The notes below the pieces were generated by a model. That model did no database searches and was not told the DNA's origin. It saw only the letters and a list, made by a program, of their open reading frames with translations. Positions 52,332 to 62,303 of a DNA stretch of 64,000 bases are shown piece by piece. Position 1 is the first letter of the stretch, and each line of letters opens with the position of its first letter. Source of the DNA: Dehalococcoidia bacterium (GTDB taxonomy: Bacteria; Chloroflexota; Dehalococcoidia; Lucifugimonadales; UBA3495); assembly GCA_965203435.1 (NCBI GenBank), contig CBDBCU010000006.1:38028-102027 (forward strand), given 5' to 3'. The position numbers and the translations under genes were made by a program.

Positions 52332-53390
52332 TTGAAAGAAATACGCCCCATCCAGTGGGATAACGGCGTCCTGCGTCTCCTCGACCAGACCCGGCTCCCC
52401 TTGGCGCAGCTAACCCTGGAGTTGACCGACTACCGGGAGGCGGTAGCCGCCATCCGGGATATGCAGGTGCGCGGCGCGCCGGCCATCGGCGTTACCGCCG
52501 CCTATGCCGTGGTAATGGCCGCCCGGGAACTGCCGGCGGAAAGCAACGCCGCTTTTCTGGCCGGCCTGCGTCAGGCCGCCGCCGTCATCAACGCCGCCCG
52601 CCCGACCGCCGTCAACCTGGCTTGGGCCGTGCGGCGGATGCTCCGGGTCGCGGAACAGGCCGCCGCCCACCGGGATTTGGTCGAGGTCAAAGCCCGGCTG
52701 GAATCCGAGGCCCGCCTGATTCAGCAGGAGGACGAGGACATCAACCGGCGGATGGGCAACCTGGGCAAAACCCTGCTGCCGGAGGGCGGGGCCGTGTTGA
52801 CCCACTGCAACACCGGCGCTCTGGCGACTTCGGCCTATGGCACGGCCCTGGGCGTCATCCGGGCCGCTTGGGAATCCGGCCGGCGCTTTCAAGTGTTCAA
52901 CACCGAAACCCGTCCCTTTCTGCAAGGGGCGCGGCTGACCGCTTGGGAGTTTCAGCAGCTGGGCATCCCGGCGGCGCTGATTGTGGATTCCGCCGCCGGC
53001 CTGCTGATGCAGCGCGGCGACATCGGCTGCGTTATCACCGGGGCCGATCGCATCGCCGCCAATGGGGATACCGCCAACAAAATCGGCACCTACGCCTTGG
53101 CCGTGCTGGCCCGGGAAAACGACTTGCCCTTTTATGTGGCCGCCCCCACCAGCACCGTGGATTTGAGATTGGCCGCCGGGGCGGAAATCGCCATTGAGGA
53201 ACGGCCGGCCGCCGAAGTTACCCACTTTCAGGGGCAGCCCACGGCTCCGGTCGGCGTAACCGCCCTGAACCCGGCCTTTGATGTAACGCCGCACCGTTAT
53301 ATCAGCGCCATCATCACCGAAAACGCCGTAGCCCGTCCGCCCTATACGGAAAGCCTGCGCCTGGCGGTAAGGGCTGCCGGTCAATCCTGA
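52332..53390 (+). CDS. mtnA: S-methyl-5-thioribose-1-phosphate isomerase
   Basis: IRPIQWDNGVLRLLDQTRLP...VRGAPAIGVTAAYA...TGADRIAANGDTANKIGTY. The TTG at 52332 (AGGAAA 7 nt upstream) is chosen because the ATG at 52245 lies inside riboswitch P1 and upstream of the terminator. Confidence 0.88.
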   Translation: MKEIRPIQWDNGVLRLLDQTRLPLAQLTLELTDYREAVAAIRDMQVRGAPAIGVTAAYAVVMAARELPAESNAAFLAGLRQAAAVINAARPTAVNLAWAVRRMLRVAEQAAAHRDLVEVKARLESEARLIQQEDEDINRRMGNLGKTLLPEGGAVLTHCNTGALATSAYGTALGVIRAAWESGRRFQVFNTETRPFLQGARLTAWEFQQLGIPAALIVDSAAGLLMQRGDIGCVITGADRIAANGDTANKIGTYALAVLARENDLPFYVAAPTSTVDLRLAAGAEIAIEERPAAEVTHFQGQPTAPVGVTALNPAFDVTPHRYISAIITENAVARPPYTESLRLAVRAAGQS

Positions 53391-53438
53391 TTGATGCCCC
53401 GGCCGCCATCATCCGGCCGCCGGATCCAAGGAGCTTAA

Positions 53439-54539
53439 ATGCCGAATCTCGACCAACAAACCCGCCGCCGTATGGCCGCCACCGGGCTGACCGCCCGGGA
53501 CGAATCCCGGGCTTGTCCCGGCTATGTCGTCTATGCCCCCATGAGCGGCCGCGGCGAAGTCTATCTGCTGGACGAGCAGGGCCGGGAAGTCCACCAGTGG
53601 CAGCTGCCCCATCCGCCGGGCTTGTACGGCTATCTGCTGCCCAACGGCCACCTCTTTTACGGCGGCAAAATTCAAGATGACACCTGGCAGCGCTTTCCCT
53701 CCTGGAAACGCTTCAAGGGCGGCGTTATGCTGGAAGTGGACTGGGCGGGCCACATCCTTTGGGAACACTACGATCCGGAACATCACCACGACGCCCGCCG
53801 CACCGACGCCGGCGGCGCTCTCTACCTGACCGTGGCATTGATGGATCCGGCCCAGGCCGCCCAGGTTCAGGGCGGCGTCCCCGGCAGCGATGCCGAAGGG
53901 ATGTGGGCCGATGTCATCGTGGAAGTGGATCAAGACGGCAACCGCATTTGGGAATGGCGCGCCGCCGAACATCTCGACCCGGCTGTCCACACCCTTACCT
54001 TTAACGACCTGCGGGATGAATGGAGCCACGGCAACACAGTGGTGCCCCTGCCCGACAATCGGGTAATGTTCAGTTTCCGCAACATTTCCACCGTCGGCAT
54101 TATTGATAAAAAGTCCGGCGCTATTGTCTGGCAGTTGGGCGACACCGTCCTGGCCCAGCAGCACGACCCCAGCCTGCTGCCCAATGGCAATATCCTGATT
54201 TACGACAACGGCGCCCACCGCCGCCATACCGGATTGCCCTTTTCCCGGGTTATCGAAGTCAACCCGGCTACCAACGAAATCGTCTGGAGCTATCAGGATT
54301 CCCCGCCCTACAACTTTTTCAGCCCCTACATTTCCGGGGCCCGCCGCCTGCCCAACGGCAACACCCTGATCACCGAGGGGATGTTCGGGCGGATGTTTCA
54401 GGTAACGCCGGAGGGGCAGGTGGTCTGGGAATATATCAATCCCTATTTCTATGCGGATGCGGAGGGGCAGGTGGTCAACCGCGTCTTTCGCGCCAATCAT
54501 TACCTGCCGGAACAGATTCCGGCTTTGCCAGGGGTATAA
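53439..54539 (+). CDS. Arylsulfotransferase (ASST)-like beta-propeller protein
   Basis: Repeated LPNG(H/N)-type blades (LLPNGHLFYGG, LLPNGNILIYDNG, RLPNGNTLITEG) and HGNTVVPLPDNRVMFSFRN...GIIDKKSGAIVWQLG. The stop abuts the mtnP ATG. Confidence 0.7.
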   Translation: MPNLDQQTRRRMAATGLTARDESRACPGYVVYAPMSGRGEVYLLDEQGREVHQWQLPHPPGLYGYLLPNGHLFYGGKIQDDTWQRFPSWKRFKGGVMLEVDWAGHILWEHYDPEHHHDARRTDAGGALYLTVALMDPAQAAQVQGGVPGSDAEGMWADVIVEVDQDGNRIWEWRAAEHLDPAVHTLTFNDLRDEWSHGNTVVPLPDNRVMFSFRNISTVGIIDKKSGAIVWQLGDTVLAQQHDPSLLPNGNILIYDNGAHRRHTGLPFSRVIEVNPATNEIVWSYQDSPPYNFFSPYISGARRLPNGNTLITEGMFGRMFQVTPEGQVVWEYINPYFYADAEGQVVNRVFRANHYLPEQIPALPGV

Positions 54540-55409
54540 ATGACCGACCAAACCGCGACGATCGGCGTCATCGGCGGCAGCGGCCTCTACGATTTGGAGG
54601 GCCTGGCCGGTGTCCGCCGCCTGGAACTGAATACCCCCTTTGGCCCGCCCAGCGACAGCATTGTTGTCGGTGAATTGGCCGGTACGCGGGTGGCTTTTCT
54701 GCCGCGTCACGGCCGCGGCCACCGCTTTAATCCCGCCGCTATTCCGGCCCGGGCCAATATCTATGCCCTGAAAACTTTGGGCGTGCAGCGGCTCCTGGCG
54801 GTCAGCGCGGTGGGCAGCCTGAAAGAGGATTTGGCCCCCCTGGATCTGGTGATCCCCGACCAGCTGATTGACCGCACCCGCGGCCGGGTCAGCACCTTTT
54901 TTGACGCCGGCATTGTGGCCCATATCGGTTTTGCCGAACCCTTTTGCGCCGCCAGCAGCGCCGTTATCGCCGCCGCCGCTGCCGAAATCGGCATTAACCG
55001 CCATCTCGAGGGAACGATGGTGGTTATGGAAGGGCCGGCCTTTTCCACTAAAGCCGAATCCTTTATGTACCGTTCCTGGGGCGCGGACATTATCGGGATG
55101 ACCGCCCTGCCGGAGGCCAAGCTGGCCCGGGAAGCCGAAATGTGCTACGCCACTATGGCCTGGATTACCGACTACGATTGCTGGCACGAAGCCGAGGAAA
55201 GCGTGTCCGTGGAAATGGTGGTGCAGAACCTGCTGAAAAATGTCGCCAACTCCCGGGAAATGCTGCGCCGGGTTATCCCCCGCCTCGGGGAGCCGGCCGG
55301 CTGTTCCTGCGGCTCCGCCCTGAAAGACGCCATCATCACCCATCCCGAAGTCATCCCCCCGGAGGTAAAGGAGCCGCTGGCCCCCCTGGTCGGCAAATAC
55401 CTGAACTAA
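54540..55409 (+). CDS. mtnP: S-methyl-5'-thioadenosine phosphorylase
   Basis: IGVIGGSGLYDL...FLPRHGRGHR..PA.IPARANIYALK.LGV...MTALPEAKLAREAEMCYA. Confidence 0.9.
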   Translation: MTDQTATIGVIGGSGLYDLEGLAGVRRLELNTPFGPPSDSIVVGELAGTRVAFLPRHGRGHRFNPAAIPARANIYALKTLGVQRLLAVSAVGSLKEDLAPLDLVIPDQLIDRTRGRVSTFFDAGIVAHIGFAEPFCAASSAVIAAAAAEIGINRHLEGTMVVMEGPAFSTKAESFMYRSWGADIIGMTALPEAKLAREAEMCYATMAWITDYDCWHEAEESVSVEMVVQNLLKNVANSREMLRRVIPRLGEPAGCSCGSALKDAIITHPEVIPPEVKEPLAPLVGKYLN

Positions 55410-55463
55410 TCCCGCCTTTCCGGGTATCTGGAACCGTCAATCTATACAAGGAGGCAACGCAAA

Positions 55464-55823
55464 ATGCCCAGGCAAGAACCCGGCGAACCCTATTACCGGG
55501 TGGATTCCAACGAAGCCCGTTCCATCCTCGACGCCGACACGGCCGGCACGGTGGTGGTGGATGTGCGCCGCGAGGACGAATGGATCACCGGCCATATCGC
55601 CGGGGCCCGGCACATTCCCATTGACGACCTGGCCGACCGCATCGACGAAGTCCCCCGGGACAAGCGGCTACTGTTCATCTGCGCGATGGGCGTCCGCAGC
55701 GGCTTGGCCTGCGAAGTGGCGGCGTCTATGGGCTACGCCACCGAAAACCTTTACAACATCGAGGATGGCACTCCGGCCTGGATTGCCGCCGGCCATCCCA
55801 CTACCTACGGCGCTGACGCCTAG
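55464..55823 (+). CDS. Rhodanese-domain sulfurtransferase
   Basis: VVVDVRREDEWITGHIAGARHIP...LLFICAMGVRSGLA, with the active-site Cys loop. Confidence 0.85.
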   Translation: MPRQEPGEPYYRVDSNEARSILDADTAGTVVVDVRREDEWITGHIAGARHIPIDDLADRIDEVPRDKRLLFICAMGVRSGLACEVAASMGYATENLYNIEDGTPAWIAAGHPTTYGADA

Positions 55824-55877
55824 CCCCCGCCCTTTCCCGGCAAGGGGGCCGGGCCAAATCAAAGCATAAGGAGTTAG

Positions 55878-57152
<1,275 letters not shown>

Positions 57153-57273
57153 CGGCCGGCCGGTCCCGGCCGGTCAAAACCTTGCCCCCAACCGACAAAA
57201 CGGCGCGGCGGGCCGCGGCAAAAACCGGGAAATCCGATCCGGCCCGCCGCCGCGACAATTGGAGGAAGTACCT

Positions 57274-58497
57274 ATGCCCATTCAGTTCATGGTTTCGCCC
57301 AAGTATCTGCTGACTTCCGAGTCGGTGACCGAGGGTCACCCGGACAAGCTGTGCGACCAGATTTCCGATGCGGTGCTGGACGCCGCCCTGGCCGGGGATC
57401 GCGGCAGCCGGGTCGCCTGCGAGACGGTCGCCACCAAGAACCTGATTATGGTTACCGGGGAAATTACCACCGCCTCGGATCTGGACTTTAACGACATCGC
57501 CCGCCAGGTGATGCAGGACATCGGCTATACCGATGTGAAGTACGGCTTGGATGGCAATTCCTGCGGCGTGGTGGCCCATGTCAGCAAGCAGTCCCCGGAC
57601 ATCAGCGGCGGCGTTACCACCGCCCTGGAACACCGGGATGACGATGCGGCCGCCGCTGATGCCCGCCGGGCCACCGGGGCCGGAGACCAGGGGATGATGG
57701 TCGGCTTTGCCTGCAACGAAACCGCGGCCCTGATGCCGCTGACCGTCGACCTCTCCCACCGCCTGGTCGAGCAGTTGGCCGCCGTCCGCAAGGATGGCCT
57801 GCTGCCTTACCTCGGCCCCGACGGGAAATCCCAGGTCACCGTGGAATATCGCCACGGCAAGCCGCACCGGGTCGACGCCGTGGTCATCAGCACCCAGCAC
57901 GATGACCACAGCAATCGGGAAAAGTTCAATCAGCAGCTGCGCCGCGACATCAAGCAGCAGGTCATCAAGCCCATTGCCGGGGACTTGATGGACGAGGACA
58001 CCAACATTTTCGTCAATCCCAGCGGCTGGTTCGTGGTCGGCGGCCCCCAGGGCGATACCGGCTTGACCGGGCGCAAGATTCTGGTGGACACCTATGGCGG
58101 CATTGCCCGCCACGGCGGCGGGGCCTTTTCCGGCAAAGACCCCACGAAAGTCGACCGCTCCGGAGCCTACGCCGCCCGCTATGTCGCCAAAAATCTGGTC
58201 GCCGCCGGCTTGGCCGACCGGGTGGAAGTCATCGTTTCCTACGCTATCGGCGTGGCCGACCCCATTTCCGTCTCCGTGGAAACCTTTGACACCAATCATC
58301 TGGACAACGAGCGCATCGAGGAACTGGTGCGGGATAACTTCGACCTGCGCCCCGGGGCCATCATCGAAGACCTGAACCTGCGCCGGCCCATCTATCGCCG
58401 CACCGCCGCTTACGGCCACTTCGGGCGCAACGACCTGCAACTGCCCTGGGAACAGACCGACAAGGCCGCAATGCTGCGTCAGCAGGCCGGCCTCTAG
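57274..58497 (+). CDS. metK: S-adenosylmethionine synthetase
   Basis: [63 protein letters not shown] upstream of the ATG at 57274. Confidence 0.95.
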   Translation: MPIQFMVSPKYLLTSESVTEGHPDKLCDQISDAVLDAALAGDRGSRVACETVATKNLIMVTGEITTASDLDFNDIARQVMQDIGYTDVKYGLDGNSCGVVAHVSKQSPDISGGVTTALEHRDDDAAAADARRATGAGDQGMMVGFACNETAALMPLTVDLSHRLVEQLAAVRKDGLLPYLGPDGKSQVTVEYRHGKPHRVDAVVISTQHDDHSNREKFNQQLRRDIKQQVIKPIAGDLMDEDTNIFVNPSGWFVVGGPQGDTGLTGRKILVDTYGGIARHGGGAFSGKDPTKVDRSGAYAARYVAKNLVAAGLADRVEVIVSYAIGVADPISVSVETFDTNHLDNERIEELVRDNFDLRPGAIIEDLNLRRPIYRRTAAYGHFGRNDLQLPWEQTDKAAMLRQQAGL

Positions 58498-58520
58498 CCG
58501 CCCCGGGCCAAGGAGACCTA

Positions 58521-59936
58521 ATGACTGCCGCCATCAAGTTCGGCACCGACGGCTGGCGGGCCATCATTGCCGAGGACTTTACCTTTGCCAATGTAGCCCG
58601 CTGCGCCCAGGGCCTGGCCGACTACCTGCGGGCTGCCGGCCCGGCCGGGCAGGGCTTGGTCGTCGGCTACGATACCCGCTTTCTCTCCCGGGAGTTTGCC
58701 GAAACCGTGGCGGCGGTCTGCGCCGGCAACGGCCTCCGCGCTTACCTCTGTGACCGGGCTGCCCCCACGCCAACCGTCAGTTTCAATGTGCTGGCCCGGC
58801 AGGCCGCCGGAGCCGCCATCATCACCGCCAGCCATAACCCCGGCCATTGGAACGGATTCAAGTTCAAGCCCGAATACGCCGGCAGCGCCACCCAGGAAAT
58901 CACCGACCGCTTGGAGGCTAAAATCGCCGCCGCCGGCCCGCCGGCCACCCTGGCCCTGGCCGCCGCCCGCCGCCAGGGATTGGTAGTGGATATGGACCCG
59001 GATCCGCCTTATATGGAACGCTTGGCCGCCCTGATTGACCTGGAATCCATTCGCGCCGCCGGTTTCCCTATCCTGGTAGATGCTATGTTTGGCGCGGGCG
59101 CCGGCTATCTGCCGCGCCTGCTGGCCGGCGGCGCTACTACTATTGAGGAACTTAACGGCGAGCGCAATCCGGCCTTTCCCGGAATGGAACAGCCGGAACC
59201 CATTGCCCCCAATCTGGCCGGCTTGCTGGCGGCCGTCCCGGCCCGGGGCTCGGCCGCCGGCCTGGCCCTCGACGGCGATGCCGACCGGGTGGGCCTGGTG
59301 GATGAACAGGGCCGCTTTGTCAGCACCTTGGAAGTCTTTTCCCTGCTGGCCCTATATCTGCTGGAACATAAATGCCAGCGCGGCCCCCTGGTCAAGGGCG
59401 TTACTTCCTCCATGATGCTGAACAAACTGGGGGAAAAATACGGCGTTCCCGTCCATGAAATGCCGGTCGGTTTCAAGCACATCGGCCCCAAGTTTTCCGC
59501 GGTGGACGGGCTGATGGGCGGCGAGGAAAGCGGCGGTTTTGCCTTCCGCGGCCACATTCCGGAGCGGGACGGCATCCTCAGCGCTCTCTATCTGCTGGAA
59601 TATATGGCAACCACCGGCCAAACCCCGGCCCAACTGGTACAGCGGCTCTTTGCCCAGGTCGGCCGCCACTACTACCAGCGGCGGGATATTGCCTTCGACC
59701 CGGCGGCCCGGCCGGAAATCCAAACCCGCTTGCAAAGCGGCGACTTAACCGAACTGGCCGGCCTGCCGGTACGCAGCGCCGATGAAATTGATGGCCGCCG
59801 CCTGTTCTTTGACCAGGCTTGGCTGGCCGCCCGCTTTTCCGGCACCGAACCCCTGCTCCGTATCTACTGCGAGGCCGAAAGCCCGGAACAGGTAACGCAG
59901 CTGCTGGATGCGGCGGCGGCCTATCTGGGGGTATGA
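58521..59936 (+). CDS. Phosphoglucomutase/phosphomannomutase family protein
   Basis: FGTDGWRA, ITASHNPGHWNGFKF, LALDGDADRVG, GGEESGG. Confidence 0.9.
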   Translation: MTAAIKFGTDGWRAIIAEDFTFANVARCAQGLADYLRAAGPAGQGLVVGYDTRFLSREFAETVAAVCAGNGLRAYLCDRAAPTPTVSFNVLARQAAGAAIITASHNPGHWNGFKFKPEYAGSATQEITDRLEAKIAAAGPPATLALAAARRQGLVVDMDPDPPYMERLAALIDLESIRAAGFPILVDAMFGAGAGYLPRLLAGGATTIEELNGERNPAFPGMEQPEPIAPNLAGLLAAVPARGSAAGLALDGDADRVGLVDEQGRFVSTLEVFSLLALYLLEHKCQRGPLVKGVTSSMMLNKLGEKYGVPVHEMPVGFKHIGPKFSAVDGLMGGEESGGFAFRGHIPERDGILSALYLLEYMATTGQTPAQLVQRLFAQVGRHYYQRRDIAFDPAARPEIQTRLQSGDLTELAGLPVRSADEIDGRRLFFDQAWLAARFSGTEPLLRIYCEAESPEQVTQLLDAAAAYLGV

Positions 59937-60817
59937 CTATGCAAACCGCCGCCCGACCTTCCCGCCGCCCCTACATCATCACCGCCCTGGTATCCCTGGC
60001 CGCCATTGCCCTGGCCGTTATCGGCGCGCAGACCCTGGGCAGTGATGCCGATATTGACGCTGTCAACTACTTTGTCGAGCTATTGGCCGGCCGCTCGGCC
60101 AACTACCTCGGCGGCGTGTTCAACGCCGCCGCCCTGTTTGCCCTGGCCGCGGGGATGGCTTCGGCGGTCAATCCCTGCGGCTTTGCGATGCTGCCGGCCT
60201 ATTTGGGCTTATACCTGGGCGGCGGGACGGCTGGGGCTTCGGGCAATCCGATCCGTCACTTCCCCCGGGCTCTGCTGGTAGGGGCGTCCGTTACCGCCGG
60301 CTTTGTGTTGCTGTTTGGCGTGGCCGGCGTCATTATCGGCTTGGGCGCGTCTTTCCTGGCCCAAGCCCTGCCCTGGTTCGGCTTGATTGTGGGGATATTG
60401 CTGGCTATCGGCGGGGCTTGGCTGGTCAGCGGCGGCAAGATTTATACCGGCGTCGCCGCCCGGGCCGCCGCCCATATCGGCGAGCCTACGGAAGTGGGCA
60501 TCCGCGGCTACTTCCTCTTTGGCGTCAGCTACGGCGTAGCCTCCCTCAGCTGCACCCTGCCCATCTTTCTGGCCGTCCTGGGCCTCAGCGCCGCCAGCAT
60601 CGCCTTTCTCGAAATCCTGCTCAACTTTATCCTCTTTGCCCTGGGGATGGGCTTGGTGATAATGGCCCTGACTTTGGGAATGGCGATTTTCAAGGGGGCG
60701 ATGGTGCGTTTCCTGCGCCGCGCCCTGCCCTACATCCAGCCCGTCGGCGCCTGGCTGATGGTATTGGCCGGCGCCTACATAATCTTTTACTGGCTAACCA
60801 TCGGCGGGTTGCTGTAG
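59933..60817 (+). CDS. ccdA: Cytochrome c biogenesis CcdA/DsbD-family thiol-disulfide transporter
   Basis: ATGA overlap with the upstream stop. AVNPCGFAMLPAYLGLY and a second SLSCTLPIFLAVL half-site. Multiple TM segments. Confidence 0.8.
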   Translation: MTMQTAARPSRRPYIITALVSLAAIALAVIGAQTLGSDADIDAVNYFVELLAGRSANYLGGVFNAAALFALAAGMASAVNPCGFAMLPAYLGLYLGGGTAGASGNPIRHFPRALLVGASVTAGFVLLFGVAGVIIGLGASFLAQALPWFGLIVGILLAIGGAWLVSGGKIYTGVAARAAAHIGEPTEVGIRGYFLFGVSYGVASLSCTLPIFLAVLGLSAASIAFLEILLNFILFALGMGLVIMALTLGMAIFKGAMVRFLRRALPYIQPVGAWLMVLAGAYIIFYWLTIGGLL

Positions 60818-60868
60818 ATTGCGGGACGGCCCGGCCTTCTACCATCCTTTCCCGCCCTGTTGCCATCC

Positions 60869-61025
60869 CTCTACCGTCATTCCCGCGTAAGCGGGAATCC
60901 AGAGACGCCTACTGGTAAAGACCGGCCTGCTACCAGTCCGGCATTTCTGGATTCCCGCTTACGCGGGAATGACGGTAGAGAGGGCAGCGGGAATGACGGT
61001 AGGCAATGCGCGGGAAGGACGGCAG
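60869..61025. repeat. Family-A element, perfect full copy plus two extra right-arm fragments
   Basis: 35-nt perfect terminal inverted repeats, ctctaccgtcattcccgcgtaagcgggaatccaga / tctggattcccgcttacgcgggaatgacggtagag, at 60869-60980. Confidence 0.9.
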
Positions 61026-61044
61026 CAGAGACACCGCCATCCCT

Positions 61045-61113
61045 TTCCGCTCATCCTGTTCATCCCTGAACTTCGCCATCCCCCATCCGCTCATCCTGAA
61101 CTTGTTGAAGGAT
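61045..61113. repeat. Family-B repeats (one degenerate, one exact)
   Basis: ccgctcatcctgttcatccctgaacttcgcc, then ccgctcatcctgaacttgttgaaggatgg. Confidence 0.8.
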
Positions 61114-61119
61114 GGGCGA

Positions 61120-61955
61120 CTACCGCCCCCCTATTTCCGGGTGCGGCGCACTTTCTTTTCGCAGGTGGCGCTCCACTGGCGCATACTGATAAGCCGCGAA
61201 GGTGTGGTAGGTTGGGCCGTTCATCCAGATGAACTCGGTGTAGCCCCCCCACAGTTGCTGGGTGTTGCTGATGCTGTGGTCAAAGGGGATGGTGACGACG
61301 TTGCGGGCGGTGCGGAGTAGCCCGGGAACGGCAGTAAGGCCCGCGGCGACGGATTTGGCCTCGTTGGTCCCAGTCGGAAAGCCGACAGAGGGTCGACGGA
61401 GACGGAGAACAGATTGCCGCGGACCATTGTTCAGCGTATGGCAGCGGCTGGCAGTATTGGCACCTATTGAGTAGAGTCTAAGGGTCCCAGGGGCGATGCG
61501 ACCAGGCGGCTCGGGGTCGGCAGGGATTTTGCGCCGCACCGTCTTTACCCGCCGCCGTTCCTCCCGGGGAAACTCAAAAATCCGATCCCGGCTGACCCCG
61601 GTAATGCCCGATTCCCCATCAGTCAGCCAACCCTCTTGGGCGGCGATAAAGCCGCGGAAAATGCCTTGTTCCCCGGAATAGATGGTGTCATCCCGCTCGT
61701 TGCGGTCCTTGCCGGCTTCCCAAGTTTCGGCCTTGGTAAAGGTATCGGACTGGTCGATGCCGCAATAGAGGGTCTTGCCGCGATTTTCGGCCAGGGATTC
61801 CAGGATGGCGGTCGTGCGGTCGGCGTGGGCAAAGGCTTGCCAGTCGGAACAATCCCAGGGGATCGACCGGGCTTGGGACGCGGTTGCCCCCCCCCCCCTA
61901 TTGCGTTCATTAAAAGGAATAGGGCGATGGCGGCTACGATTTTGCGGAGGGACAT
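61120..61955 (-). pseudogene. Secreted hypothetical protein gene interrupted at a 12-nt poly-C/G tract (frameshifted or phase-variable)
   Basis: GGGAGG Shine-Dalgarno sequence and signal peptide MSLRKIVAAIALFLLMNAIGGGG in one frame. From the last G of the run (61887) a second frame is open for about 255 codons to 61120, hand-translated with no stops (ATASQARSIPWDCSDWQAF...). The track shows only its GTG-initiated tail, 61120-61539. Confidence 0.65.
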
Positions 61956-62065
61956 GGCGGTATCCTCCCGGATGGAGTTAGGGGTCTTTGGCTGACTACT
62001 AGTTTAGCAGGTTTGGCGGGCTGGTCAAGGATTTGCGGGGGTAATTTTCAGGGGAAATTTCCCTT

Positions 62066-62212
62066 TCCCTCTACCGCCCTATCTACCGTCCTTCCCGCCG
62101 CCCCTCTACCGTCATTCCCGCGTAAGCGGGAATCCGGCGGTTGCTTGTCAAGACTGCGGCATTATAAGGCAGTACCGTCGGGATTCCCGCTTACGCGGGA
62201 ATGACGGTAGCG
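62066..62212. repeat. Family-A element, half copies plus full copy
   Basis: ctctaccgtcattcccgcgtaagcgggaatccgg ... cgggattcccgcttacgcgggaatgacggtagcg. Confidence 0.85.
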
Positions 62213-62228
62213 GCGGGTGCAATCCGGC

Positions 62229-62303
62229 CATCCTTCAACCAGTTCAGGATGACCCGGCAACCCGTTCCGGGCGACCCTTCAACAAGTTCCGGGTGAGCGG
62301 AAT
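62229..62303. repeat. Family-B repeats (two, reverse orientation, degenerate)
   Basis: catccttcaaccagttcaggatgac and cccttcaacaagttccgggtgagcgg. Confidence 0.75.

Noticed and set aside
57180-57258. GC-rich hairpin (gcgcggcgggccg ... cggcccgccgccgc) in the metK leader as a possible second SAM-responsive riboswitch.
   Set aside because: It has none of the conserved SAM-I/II/IV/V/VI or SAM-SAH core sequences I can recall, no U tract, and is only about 55 nt. It is more likely a simple structure or processing site. An Infernal scan would settle it.
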